Source: Geosiphon pyriformis uo1
Taxonomy: Eukaryota; Fungi; Glomeromycota
Assembly (NCBI GenBank): GCA_016748015.1
Contig: JAAOMT010000040.1
Coordinates: 372,001 to 436,000, forward strand
DNA length: 64,000 bases
Direction: 5' to 3'
The position numbers were made by a program, and so were the translations under genes. Under the pieces are notes generated by a model, which worked only from the letters and a program-made list of their open reading frames with translations, did not search any database and was not told where the DNA came from. Numbering within the stretch: position 1 is the stretch's first letter; the number at the start of each line of letters is the position of its first letter. Below are positions 43,469 through 55,468 of the stretch, piece by piece.

Positions 43469-44128
43469 ATGATAGACATGACAAAAAACTCCAAAAAAAT
43501 GGAAATTACTGACAATATCCACTCACTAAAACAACAATTCTTCCAACTGATTCAACAACAGAATATAAAAATTACTATCAATTAATAAACCATTCAATAC
43601 CGAGATACCAGAAAGAGACTCAAATACAAAAGTCAAAAGAAAACAGAAAACACTATTGACAAAATAATTTTGAAAATAAAATTAGCAATAGAAGAACCAA
43701 TAAGTGTCACCACATATCAAGAGTTGATCAAAGAAACTTGAAAATAGTAGATACATAAATTTCCAAGGAACTTTTGTTATTTCTACTTGAAACGATACTT
43801 GAATATTCAAAACTTATACACAGATAAAACAAAACAATTATTTGACACAACAATACTACAACAACTAGAACAATTTGTGGAAAAGAACAATGTAACTACA
43901 CAGACAAAAGTCATCTATTGGCTATATACAGAATTTTAAGACAGACCGGAAATCTTACTTAATTCAGAAATGGACTCTATTACAGTTAACCAAATAGGAA
44001 AAATAACCAACATCCAATTTGAAGAATTACAGAATAAGATAACTTAAGTAATTCTTGAAAAAAAAGTTCAAGAAATACTCAAAGATGGAGAATTAGAATT
44101 GAGAGATCTTGACAAAGCTCAATATTAA
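43469..44128 (+). pseudogene. Extra 3' ORF (~220 codons, one frameshift and several transition-type stops) between integrase and PPT
   Basis: Manual translation: MIDMTKNSKKMEITDNIHSLKQQFFQLI...FPRNFCYFYLKRYL...KVIYWLYTEF*DRPEILL..ITVNQIGKITNIQFEELQ...KAQY*. Confidence 0.65.
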
Positions 44129-44140
44129 AGAAGAAAATAA
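44127..44140 (+). other. Polypurine tract
   Basis: AAAGAAGAAAATAA directly abuts the TG of the 3' LTR. Confidence 0.75.
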
Positions 44141-44967
44141 TGTTACTCATAGAAAATATATTAGCACATAAATTAGCCAATCAGAAGTAGCCATAGTAAA
44201 TATGGAATTCCAGGATTCCTCTCAAGAAGAATTGCAGGATTCTAGGAATTTCAGGATTTTTATACAAGAAATCACAGAATTCCAGAATTCCTCTCAAAAG
44301 AAATTGCAGGATTCCAAAAATTCCAGAATTCCTGGTGTGAAGAATTGAGGAATTGAAGAATTTCAATTATGTATATATAGCAGTAACATTAGAAGTAAAA
44401 AAGACAGATCTTCCAGTTTAGATTTAATCTAAGCAACCTTCCAATTCACAAATATCAATAAATAATTATTCTCTATTTCAAATCCACTTTCCACTATCAA
44501 TACTTCATGTTAATAGTAATTAATACCTAACCACACTGAAACAATAGCTCTTGATTATGGCTATTGATAGGATACTAACTATTATTGTCTTGGCTTATTT
44601 CTTATTTCTTTTATTTTATTTTATTTTCTTTGTTGTTATTACTAATTGATTAAAAGATTAAGCACTGAGATACAGACATCATAGAAACTGGTAAAAAACC
44701 CATGAAACAAGAGTAGAACACTCATAGATTTGAGGATAGCTTACCAGGAAGATTACTGGCTACCATGCTGAAAAAAAAATTCGATGGAATTGCAATTCCA
44801 GGAGGCTACTGAAACAATTATTAAAATTTCTGTTCATTATATAAAAGACTCCACAACAAAAACCTTCAGATCAACCAAACTTTCAGATACCAATAGTAGA
44901 ATATCAATTAGACACTAAGTTATGGATTTGTTATTTGATTTGAGACCCCAAATAATCATTTATAACA
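44141..44967 (+). repeat. 3' LTR
   Basis: TGTTAC...ATAACA; about 90% identical to the 5' LTR by eye. Confidence 0.95.
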
Positions 44968-46799
44968 GTATCTTCTGCTTTTAAAACTTTGTTGAATTTT
45001 TTTTAAAGACTGGTATTAGTATCTTTACTAGTAAATTTGGTAATTTTTGCAATATAAGTAGTTGTTATGTCTTCTGTGTTTTTGTTTTTGGCAGTTTTTT
45101 CTTTGGTAAATTCAAAAATGTTTTTATTATTATTAAAGTGATTACTCTGGTTTTTTGCTAAGAAATTGAAAAAATTTGTATTAATAAAAATTTGTTTAAA
45201 TTGCTGTATTGGGCCTTTTAGTAATGTAAAATTTTTTGGTTTTAAAAAACAGTTAAATAGTAAATTTGGTATTTAAGCTTGAGCAAATAAAATTAGAAAT
45301 AGTATAATTAAAAGTAGTAGTTTAGAACTAATTCTTTGTTTGGGTATTTATAAGTATTGAAAGATTGTTTTTATTGTATTAGGTATTATATAAATTAGTC
45401 AAGTATTTTTTTTTGTTTTTTTTGTTTATTTTAAATTCAAACTCAAGTTTAAAAATAAATTATGAATTAATAAAGTATTTTTCTTTACAAAACCTAATAA
45501 TATTATAGTCAAGTTTTTCAAAATAAGTAGCATATTTATTAGCACTAATATTTTTTGGGTCCCTATTTGAGTAGTAAAAAAAGTCTTTAAAAAAATTTTA
45601 CTTGATTTTTGTAATATTGTAATTTCCAAAGAGATAATTATTGACTCAATTTTTAATGTACTAGAAAAGTGTTTTCTTAAAAACTGTAATTTCATCTTGG
45701 ATTTTAAATTGTTGTTTACAGTAAGTGTAAATTAACTAATAGTATTCTAAAGTTGTTATGTCTAATATGATTGCTACTTTGAAATTATTGTTGCTGTGTT
45801 AATTTATGGGAAAGCACCAAATATTTCTAAACGTTTTTGGTTTCTTTTCTTAAATGTTGTTAATATTAGTTTGCTGTTAATTTATAATTATTAGAAGCTA
45901 ATAAATCTTTAATAACTGAATTTATCTTCAAATTATCTTTTATAATTTGAACTGCTGAACTTATAAGTAAAATAGCCAATTTTGTATCAGTTATTTTATA
46001 TAGCTACTTTGTAATAAAAATCAACTTTTTTTTAGAAATTGCTTATTTGAAAGCTTATTAAAATATGTAGTTACTTTGCTGTAAAAGTTAACTCTTCTAC
46101 AGAAATCTTGTCTATAGACTATTCTAATAATTATAATAAGAAAAAAAAGAAAAATAAAAGAAATGTAAAAGAAATAAAATTTTGTTAAGGGAATTGTTTT
46201 CTATTTAGACCTGAAATCACTAATGGATTACTGAAATTAGTAGCTAATTAATTTCAAAATATTAATTAGTTTTTGGGAATTTTAAGTGTAAATAATTTAA
46301 AAAATTTGGGTTTTTGAAATATTTTAATTTTTGTTACTTTTTGTAAAAGATGATTTATTCTAATTAAAATAATTCTAAATAAGATAATTCTAAGATAAAA
46401 TAGATAAGATGAGATATATTTTCTCGAAAAAAGAAGTTTTTTTTTTATATAATTTGTTGTAATACTAGTTTATAAACTTAAACTTTTTTTTTGCTATAAT
46501 TTTGACAAACTAAAGATATATTTTAACAAACTATAAGTTATTTCTATAAACTATTAATTATTTTGATAAACTATTAATTATTTTTACAAATTTCTACAAA
46601 TTTCTACAAATTCTTAAATGTTATATAGTTCAAAATATTATATAATCTGATCATTTTAATTTTTATTATATAAATTAAATTATTAATTAAATAATAATAT
46701 TTAATAGTTTTAATTAAATCATAAGTAATAATTAAAATAATAATAAAAATTATAAGAGTAATTACATATTAATTAATGACTAAACTTCTACTAGTAACA

Positions 46800-48708
46800 A
46801 CATAAAATTCTAATAAATAAATCATACAAATTAAGACTTAATAATAAGATTTTAAAAAAAATTACACATAGTAATAAACTTAAATATTACTATTTTAAAA
46901 CTAATTCTGAATTCCTAATTTCACAAATTAGTACACAATTTTTTTTGATAAATCTTAAAGATATTTCTAAAACTTAGAACTAATAGTTATTATTGAACAA
47001 CTTTCAAACTTTAATATTTAATAATTAAATTAAATTATTTATTTTTATATTAATAGAAGCAATTTTTATAAAAATATTAAAAATTACATAAAAAAAAAGC
47101 AAAACAAAAATAAAATAAAAACTTCACATATTAAAAATAATTTTATATTTTATATTTTAATTATCATAATTATTTTCTAAAACATTTAACAATTATCTTA
47201 AAAATTAATATTAGTCTTAAAAATACTATTACTAAAAAACATATTAATTATATTTAAACAGAATTTATTACAACTTTAATTACAAATTCATAAAATTACT
47301 ATTTTTATAAAAGAAATATAAGAAATTATTCTGAAATTTACTTACCAAAACTCTTAAAACAAGCTTTAAGAAAAAATTTAATATTTATTTCTATTAATAT
47401 TTTACTAAATACTACAATTTAACAAAAACTTTAATAATGTTTTAATAAACAAAACAACAAATACTCTTTAATTTATAAATATTTTTATATTGAAAAAACA
47501 CTTTACAAAAGAAAACTAAAGCTATTTAAAAACAATTTTAAAATAAATTAAAGACAATAACTGGATTAACAAATATTATTATAAACTTAAAACAGCTTTT
47601 AAACTTTATAATCTATTTTATATTTGTAAAAATATTTTATAAAATCTGATTTTACAATTTTTAAAGATTTAATATATTGAAAATTTACAAAATTAAAATT
47701 TTAATAAAGCTTAGTTTTGAAAAAAAAATTATATTATCAATCAAAATTTGAAATATTATTTAGTATAAATTTATTATTATAATTCTTATTATTAAATTAG
47801 TATATATTATTATTTTAAATTATTATTTCTTATCTTATTAAATTTTTCAAATTATTATTTAATTAATAATCTAATTTAAACAAAACACAAATATAACCAA
47901 ATTGTGATAATTAAATTATATAATATACTAAAATATATAACATTTAAAATTTGCTAAAATATTTAGTAATTTGATTAGATATTTAACAATTTATTAAAAT
48001 AATTCATAGTTTGCAGAAATAATTTATAGTTTGACAAAATATATTTTTAATTTGCCAAAATATTAGAAAAAAAAAATGTTAAATTATAAAATAATACTAT
48101 AATAAATTATATAAAAAAAAATCTTAATTAGAATTATTTTATCTTAGCTTAAGATATTTTTTTTTAAAATAATTTTTTTTACAAATCAATCTAATAAAAC
48201 TTATTTTAAAAAACATAAATTCCTTAATTATTATTGTTTCAAAATTAATTTTTTTATATTAATATTTTGAAATTAATTAGTTATTAATTTCAATAATAGT
48301 TAATAATTTTTAGATCTAGATTTAAAACAATTTTCTTGACACATTTTTTTAATTTTATTTTATTTTATTTTATTATTATTATTTTTATATTATTGGATAG
48401 TTTACAGTCAAAATTTTCTGTAAAAAAAGTTGATTTTTACAGCAAAATAATTACACATTATTTTAAAAAGCTTACAATCAAAATTTTTTATAAAAGAGTT
48501 AACTTTTACCATAAAATAACTATATAAATAATTGATATAAAATTGACTATTTTATTATAAGTTTAATAATATATATAGTTTAAAGTATAAAAAAATACTT
48601 TAGAAAAAAATTAATTTATTAAAAGTTTATTGGTTTCTATTAATAGCAAAATTAACAGCAAAATGGTATTAATAATATTTAAAAAAGAATAAATTTTTTT
48701 TAATAACA
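46800..48708 (+). mobile_element. 3' end of another old Gypsy copy (integrase C-terminus, extra 3' ORF, LTR 47732-48708)
   Basis: NKSYKLRLNNKILKKITHSNKLKYYY relic at ~46815-46895; reverse-complement similarity to 21701-23700. Confidence 0.7.
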
Positions 48709-48925
48709 CTATATATATATTATAATTAGTAATTATATATATAATAAAATATATTGTTTGAAAAAAATATTATTATTGTTAATAAGATTACTAAATTTAA
48801 TAATATTAATATTTTTAAAATTTTAATATTACATAATCTAATTATTTTTTATTTTGTTATTAATTAATTTATATTATATTTAATTATTACTTATTTTTTT
48901 AAATTATTTTATAAATAATAATATG

Positions 48926-51230
48926 GAAAATCTAAAAAACTTTTTGTCTTCTTAATTTTATGATCATGACCAGAGCAAAGAGTAAAAAAGCTGCACCTAA
49001 TATCTGTCCTAAGATATCTAATAAAATTTCAACCAGAGGAGCTCTTTCTATTGTAGAAGCAACTAGACAAAACGTTTTAGAAGTCTTTTCCTTACTCAGT
49101 AATTGTGATAAGCTGCCTTTGGTAGCCATTGAAGCAACTTCCTCATCTTTGGCTGGTCTCTGACCAGTCAAAGTCTCCTTAAAGAGACACACCTGGGTTA
49201 GTCCCAGTGTTGCCTCCACCTCAACCAAGAGCCCAAAAGTTTTTAATAATAGACCAGTAAATAAGCTGGTCTTTCCCTCTATAGATTTAACATCTGGTGC
49301 TTTTAGCACCACCTCTTCAAAAAAAATGGTCAAAAAGACCAGAAGTTTAGAAAAGTGGGAACAGTTGCTTGTCTCTGCTATTGTTACACCAAACCCCTTT
49401 GTGGTTCCCAATGAGATCTTAGATGAGATCTCCATAACATCATCTGGCACATCATCCAAGATGGACCAAGATCAACCACTGGCTGTGTTGCCAAATGTGA
49501 TGTTTTCTAGCAGATCATCACCAGTTGTAAAAGCAAAACAATCTTCTCCTGTTGGGTTACCTGTTCTTGGGAACTGGGCTGATCAAATGAAAACTGATTC
49601 ATCTCCTCCTCTAATTTCTGGTGCTACTTTTGGTGGTGTTTGGGAAACTATTACTAGTCGTCAAAGGTTTGCTGGGTGGGTGGTCTCCACTCTGATGCCT
49701 GGTGCTACTTTTAAGATCAAATTGGCTCATGTTAAGACTGTTTTTCAGTCTCTGCATGGTTTCTTGGGTGCTAAATCTGTTTCAAAAGACAATATGAAGC
49801 TTTTTTGTGTGGAGTTTGCTTCTCAACAGTCTTTGGAAGCTGCATTTTTGGTTGAGCTTACAGGCTCTGTTCATTTGGCCACTCTCAAAATTGTCAAGTC
49901 TTTGGTGGTTTCTGAATCTGGTTCCCTTTCTGCTGCTGTTGTGCTGCGTAATGTATCTTTGGGTGTATCTGCTGCTGACGTTAAGTTGGTTCTTAGTGTA
50001 TTTGGTAGTGTTACTCATGTTGTGCTGAAGCCTGCTGACATTTGGCAGTATGTAGTGGTTTATTTTGAAAAGTTAGACTCTGCTGTGTCTGCCTTGATGC
50101 ATTGGTCAGTCTTGATGGGCAAGAATAGTGTTAGAATCCTCCCCCTAGTGAATCAAAATAAGACTATTTTGTCTTGTGATAAGTTTAAGGCCAAATTGGT
50201 CAATCTTTTCCCTGGCTGTACTGTCTTTAAAATCAGTAATATGATTTTTCAGATTGGTGGTCGAACATGTTTCATCCCTTATTTTCCTGATTCTGGTCAT
50301 CATTCCCAGTTTGCTTTGGTTACATTTGACTCTCAAGGCAATTTGAATTCTGCTGTAGTCAAGACTGGTACTCTAAGGAAATACCATATCTGGTGGGAAA
50401 CTCCTGGCTGCCAGCACTGCTTTAGGTGTCAAGAAATGGGCCATCTGGCTATGAATTGCAAAATTTTCTCACCTTTCACTCCCAAGATTCCCAAGGTTTT
50501 CAAGTCTCGTTTTGTGAGTTCTGCTTCATATGCCAAGACTGCTGCTCCTTCTGGTCTTTCTGAGTTTCCTCCTTTAGTGGCTTCTTCGGCTGCTTCTGCT
50601 GCTGATCCTGCTGTTAGTTTTAGATTGGACTCTTTGGAAAAGCAGATTTCGGATTTGACTGCTCTGGTTAAGTCTATTGTTGAGCCTGTTAGTTCTTTGG
50701 TTGCTTTGGTGTTTTGCCTTCTTGATGATAATGCTGCTAAGACTGTTCAGATCAAAAAAGATTTCATTTTCATGAAAAATGCTGCTAACAATTTTTCTAA
50801 CCTCTTGGTTGGAGTTTCCAAGAACATTGTTTGTCTTAGATCTGAGGTTGACTTTAGTGATATGGATTATGATGGTATGCTGGCTGCTAAGCCTTTCTTA
50901 TTAAGTAAGGACACTATTGAGTATGTTATTGCTTTGTGGCAAATGTCTGGTGCTGAAACCAGGAGCAATATTGAATTTACTAGATTGTTTCTTAGTGAGT
51001 TTATTTTTGACTCTAGAAATCTGAATGGTATTATTAAGAGAATTCGTGGGTTGGGGTTATTCTCATCTACTTTTGATTCAGTGTAGTAAGTTTTTGATTG
51101 GGCCAAGTGTTTGATCACATGTAGAAAATACATGATTTACACCTATAATGTAATTCCTTCTGTGATATCATAGTTTTAGGTAGTATTTGGGTCTCGCTCG
51201 TTAAATATAATAAAATAAAAAAATAAAAAA
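48926..51230 (+). mobile_element. ORF1-only non-autonomous LINE derivative (HAL1/half-LINE-like)
   Basis: A single ORF1-type frame is followed directly by a 3' UTR homologous to that of LINE copy 2 and an A-rich tail. Candidate TSD AATAATATG (48917-48925 and 51231-51239). Confidence 0.82.
48960..51086 (+). pseudogene. LINE ORF1-like protein (708 codons, one in-frame TGA at 49161-49163): RRM-like repeats, CCHC knuckle, coiled coil
   Basis: ORFs 48960..49163 and 49326..51086 share a frame. CFRCQEMGHLAMNC knuckle; RRM-like motifs (VVLRNVSLGVSAADVKLVLSVFG..YVVVYF; LVNLFPGCT..FALVTF); RLDSLEKQISDLTALVKSI coiled coil. Aligns with ORF1 of the two LINEs. Confidence 0.85.
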
Positions 51231-51859
51231 AATAATATGATTTAAATACTAATTTTTATAATATTTTTGTTAATACATTTTTTAATAATATTAAAAATAC
51301 TTTTAATGTTTTTAATAAAGTTTTTTTTTAAATTAAAATTTGCTAATTTGTAATAATATATTATTATTTATTTATTTAAAAAATTTTGCTGTTGTTATTT
51401 TTGTTTATTTGTTTGTACTAATAAAAAAACAATGTTAAAAATTTTTTTTGTTTAATCAAAAAAAATTATTATTTTAAAAGATACTTTTAAGATTAAATTG
51501 GTTTATTTTTTTTGGTTGTATGGTGCAGATTATTTATAGTCATCAAACAATTTATATAATTTTAAATTGTATCTAGTCTTCCAATTTTAATAATATTAAA
51601 AAACTAAACTGTAAATATGATAGATTAAGTTCTTTTCTTTCACATTTATGGTTTAATTTTTTGAATTATATTATAATTTATAAAGTTATTAAAGTTTAAA
51701 ATTAGCCACTTTTATTATTAATTTTTAATTTTCAGATGCCGATCAATCAGATTTTAGCCAATCAGCAATCACTAAAGTCACGTCACCACATGATAAACTA
51801 TCGAAGTATTATCATTTTCAGAAAGACTTTCAATTAATATTAATCTAATTTTTAGATGG

Positions 51860-52543
51860 TCACTTTTTTATAAAGATATAATATCTCTTGGCCTGCATGT
51901 CTTCTGCTAATGACACGGCACTATTAATCATGAATATTCTATTCACACCACTACCATATTTGGTTGTCATTATTGGAACAGAAACCCAGATATCAATATT
52001 GTTTACACCAGGCGTCAAAGAAATTGTAAAAGTACTATGAGCGATTGTCGGAGAATTTGGAAATGTCATTTGTGCTCTATTTGTAATCTTGCATTATTAT
52101 AATGTAGATACTTACTTTGAATTCACAAATAACCTTTCAATGACTATAATGTTGTATTTCAAAGAATTGCTTGGATCTAAGAGATATACGAAATCCCCTG
52201 TAATAAAGATTTTTGGTTAAATTTAATATTTGAATGATGAATTATACTAAAGAGAAATATAATGACTAAAATACCTATTATGTATTTGACTGAATCATGA
52301 TCTAGTTTTAAAATTGGTTTCCTAGGTTGTAAAAGAAATTTCAATTGTTAAATATTTCAACAACTTATTAAAATGTAATATATAATAGCTTATCACAATA
52401 ATCAAGAAACTTACATCAGTTGGTGTTAATTTAGGGGAATCAGATTGGAATTGAAAGATCTTTGGCTTTATCTTGATTGAGAAAACTGAAGTTGTTTTAA
52501 AGCCCATAACCTTGAATAGCTCTTTTTTGTTAGTGTTGTACAT
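51860..52543 (-). pseudogene. Spliced gene fragment resembling RSC1/2/polybromo (partial BAH domain plus C-terminal Ig-like segment)
   Basis: GT-AG intron 52274-52198 joins KPILKLDHDSVKYIIG|DFVYLLDPSNSLK, then after a frameshift IVIERLFVNSK (BAH N-terminal signature YxxGDFVYL...IERL). Downstream: FTISLTPGVNNIDIWV...RYYIFIKK*. Confidence 0.5.
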
Positions 52544-55411
52544 TTTCTAACGATTTTGTTTTGATGCAAAAAATGTATGAAATGTATTAGTTCAAGTAAA
52601 AGCCTAATAAACTTCTTACTTATAAATAATATATTAAAAACACATGTATATTAACCAATAAAATTTAATTATATAAATAAAAACACGTAAAATTCGTCAT
52701 TTAAAATTTCGGACTGATCTATATTTTTGATGATTATAAATGGTTTGCACCATATTGTTTTTAAGATTAATAATTTTATTTTTTAATTAGTAATTGTATT
52801 TGCTTTATTTTTTACTTTATTTTTTCTTATTATTGTTAATATTTTATTATTGTAATCTTAAATCTTTAGAAATTTTAAATCTTATTATATTAAAAATTAG
52901 TATTTTATATAAATATTATATTTAATAAAAAAATTTTAAATATTAATATTATTACAAATATTAAAGTTTAAATTATTTGTTTTCAGATTGTAAAGTGTTT
53001 TTATTTTATTTTTTTAGGTTTTTTTTTAAGTTTATTAGTGGTTTTAATACTTTTAATTTATTTTTTATTAGTATAAAGTTTTATGTTAATGGTTTTGTTT
53101 TTTTTGCTTATTTTATTATTGTATTTTTGATTGTTTTTATTGTTAATTTTGTAATTAATTCTAAATTAAATTTTTTAGAATCTTAAATTTTTTTATTTAA
53201 CTGTTTTTATTAAGTTTATTGTCAAACTAATTGGTTTATTAATTATTTTTGTTGTTTTTTTCCTAGTTAAAGATATATACAAAAATTTTAAATAAAAAAA
53301 AATTTGGTTATTATAAAATATTATTAAGCATTTTGTTGGTTTTTTGGTTAATTTGTTTAAAAATTATTAATTTTAAAACTAAAACCAAAATAATATTTTA
53401 TCTATTATTTTTTTTAAAATAAATAAAAATAAATTATTTAATTTTATTATTTAATAAAGTTAGATTAAATTTAAAAAAACTTATATTACCAAATTATTAA
53501 ATTAATTTTTAATAATATTACAATAATAAATAGTATTATTATTAAGTAGCTTATAAATTAATTAAATTTTCAAGTTAATTATATTATAAATATTTATATT
53601 ATAATTACTAATTAAGACACTAAAATATTAATTAATAAAATAAATAGCTTTTTGTTTAAAATTAATAATATTTATATATTAATTAAAATATTAGTTATAA
53701 AATTATATAATTTCAAATATTTATTAGTGATAATTAATATTAAAAACTAATATAATACTAAAATTAAAATATACAAAAATTATAATTTATTTTTAATAAT
53801 ATATAATTATTTTTACATAATTATTATATTATATTAATTGTTAATAGAATTTAAAAAATCAAAAAAACAACCAATTTTTAAAATATATAATGTTTTTTGA
53901 ATTAATAATAATTATTAATTTGTGATTACTATTTATTTAAAAAAAAAACAAAGAAAAAAATAACAATAATAATTTTATTTTTATTTTTTTATTAATAAAA
54001 ACTTATTATTTACTAAGCAAAAATAAGCTTAAACAATATATTTCGATTATAAAACATAATATAAAAACTATTTTAAAAAAATATAACAAATATTAACAAT
54101 AAAATTTAATAGCATATTTTTTAAAAAAATTTTAAAATTTAAATAAATATTAAATAATATATTAAAAGAGTTTTAAATATATTATTAAGTATTAATATTT
54201 ATTAAAAGAAAAACAAAAACAAAATTAAATTATGGAATTATTGTTTAATTTTATTATTTTTAATATTGTAATAAATATAATTTGTTATTATATAGTATTC
54301 ATTTAATTTTAGAGCTTAAAAAACCAATTAATAAACAAAAATTAAAAATATATTTATATATTTTTTTTTATATTTTTATAATTATAATTTTTATATTTTT
54401 TAAAGCATTTAGTAATATTTTTATTAATAAAATATTTATAATTATTAAAACAACTTATTAATATACTATAAAAGTATTTTTTATAAATAAAGTAAAAATA
54501 TATTAGTTTTTACTAATGTTAAAACACTATTTTTGTTTTTGATTAAAAGTTTTTTTTTAAAAAATTTTTAAAAAAAATCTATTTAAAGTAATTTTAATAT
54601 AATTTTTATTTTATTTAAAAGTCTTAAAATATTTGATAAAAAACTTATTTTTTTTTATTGTTGCTTAAAAAATTAAAAAAACTAAAATAGTTAAGAAGTT
54701 ATTTTTTAATGTTTTAATACTAATTTTATTGTTTTAAAACTAGTTTTTTATAAAAAATATAACTTTGATTTTTTGATTAATTTTGTATTATTTGTATTAA
54801 TTATAATATTTAGTTTTATTATGATTATAAATAAAAATAACAATAAAAACACATTAGCTAATTTTAATTTAGATTCATTTTTGGTTATAATTTTTAAAAA
54901 AATTATTTTATAAAATATTTTGTTAAAATTAATTATATATATTATACTAATTTTTGAAACTTTAAAAAAATAAACAATCCAATTTATTTTAATAATAAAT
55001 ATTTATTAAATATATATATTTTTTTTGATGATATATTTGTATAATAAAAATCCAGAAAATATAAAATATTAACAATTAATTTTTAAATACGATTTAGGTA
55101 ATATATGTTTATATATAATTTTTAAATTTATAATAAAATTAAAAAATTAAGCCAATTAAGATAAAAATCAAATAATAAAATTGTCGTTCTGTTATGAATG
55201 AGTAAATAGTTTTATTTAAAAAAAAGTCAATAATTAATAAATAGTCTAGTTATTTTTCAAATATTTTTATAAATGATTAATTAAATTTTTTCTCAGATCA
55301 AAAGCGGATGTTTAACTCTAAAATTATATTAAAAACAAAAATTTTAAAATTCCAAAGAAAATGATTAATTTCATAATGACTTTTTCAATTCAATTTCTTT
55401 GTAAAAGTCAT

Positions 55412-55468
55412 TTACTTTTACCTTTACCTTTACCTTTACCTTTACCTTTCCCTTTCCCTTTCCCTTTT
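55412..55468. repeat. (CTTTAC/CTTTCC)n microsatellite
   Basis: Direct reading. Confidence 0.9.

Larger units (their letters stand above)
34997..44967 (+). mobile_element. Structurally complete (but stop-riddled) Ty3/Gypsy LTR retrotransposon with dUTPase
   Basis: Two ~830-bp LTRs, PBS, PPT and a 4-bp TSD GCAT/GTAT. Domain order is gag-CCHC-PR-(Cys-rich)-dUTPase-RT-RNaseH-IN; RT-RH-IN order identifies Metaviridae. Confidence 0.96.
33483..46799 (-). mobile_element. Old Gypsy element B (5' LTR 45822-46799, PBS, gag-protease), split by the young element and truncated at ~33483
   Basis: LTR begins TGTTACTAG at 46799; PBS TGGTGCTTTCCC at 45819-45808. gag at 44968-45780 continues at 34996 (KVLKAEDA|N..) and matches 25542-27870 of element A. 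Protease relic NDWLLKTNANL at ~33500-33540. Confidence 0.8.

Noticed and set aside
21697-46803. ATGT/ACAT flanks as a decayed ACGT TSD of one 25-kb composite element
   Set aside because: The left flank (post-protease region of a third family) and right flank (integrase C-terminus) are not contiguous sequence, so they are probably independent sites.
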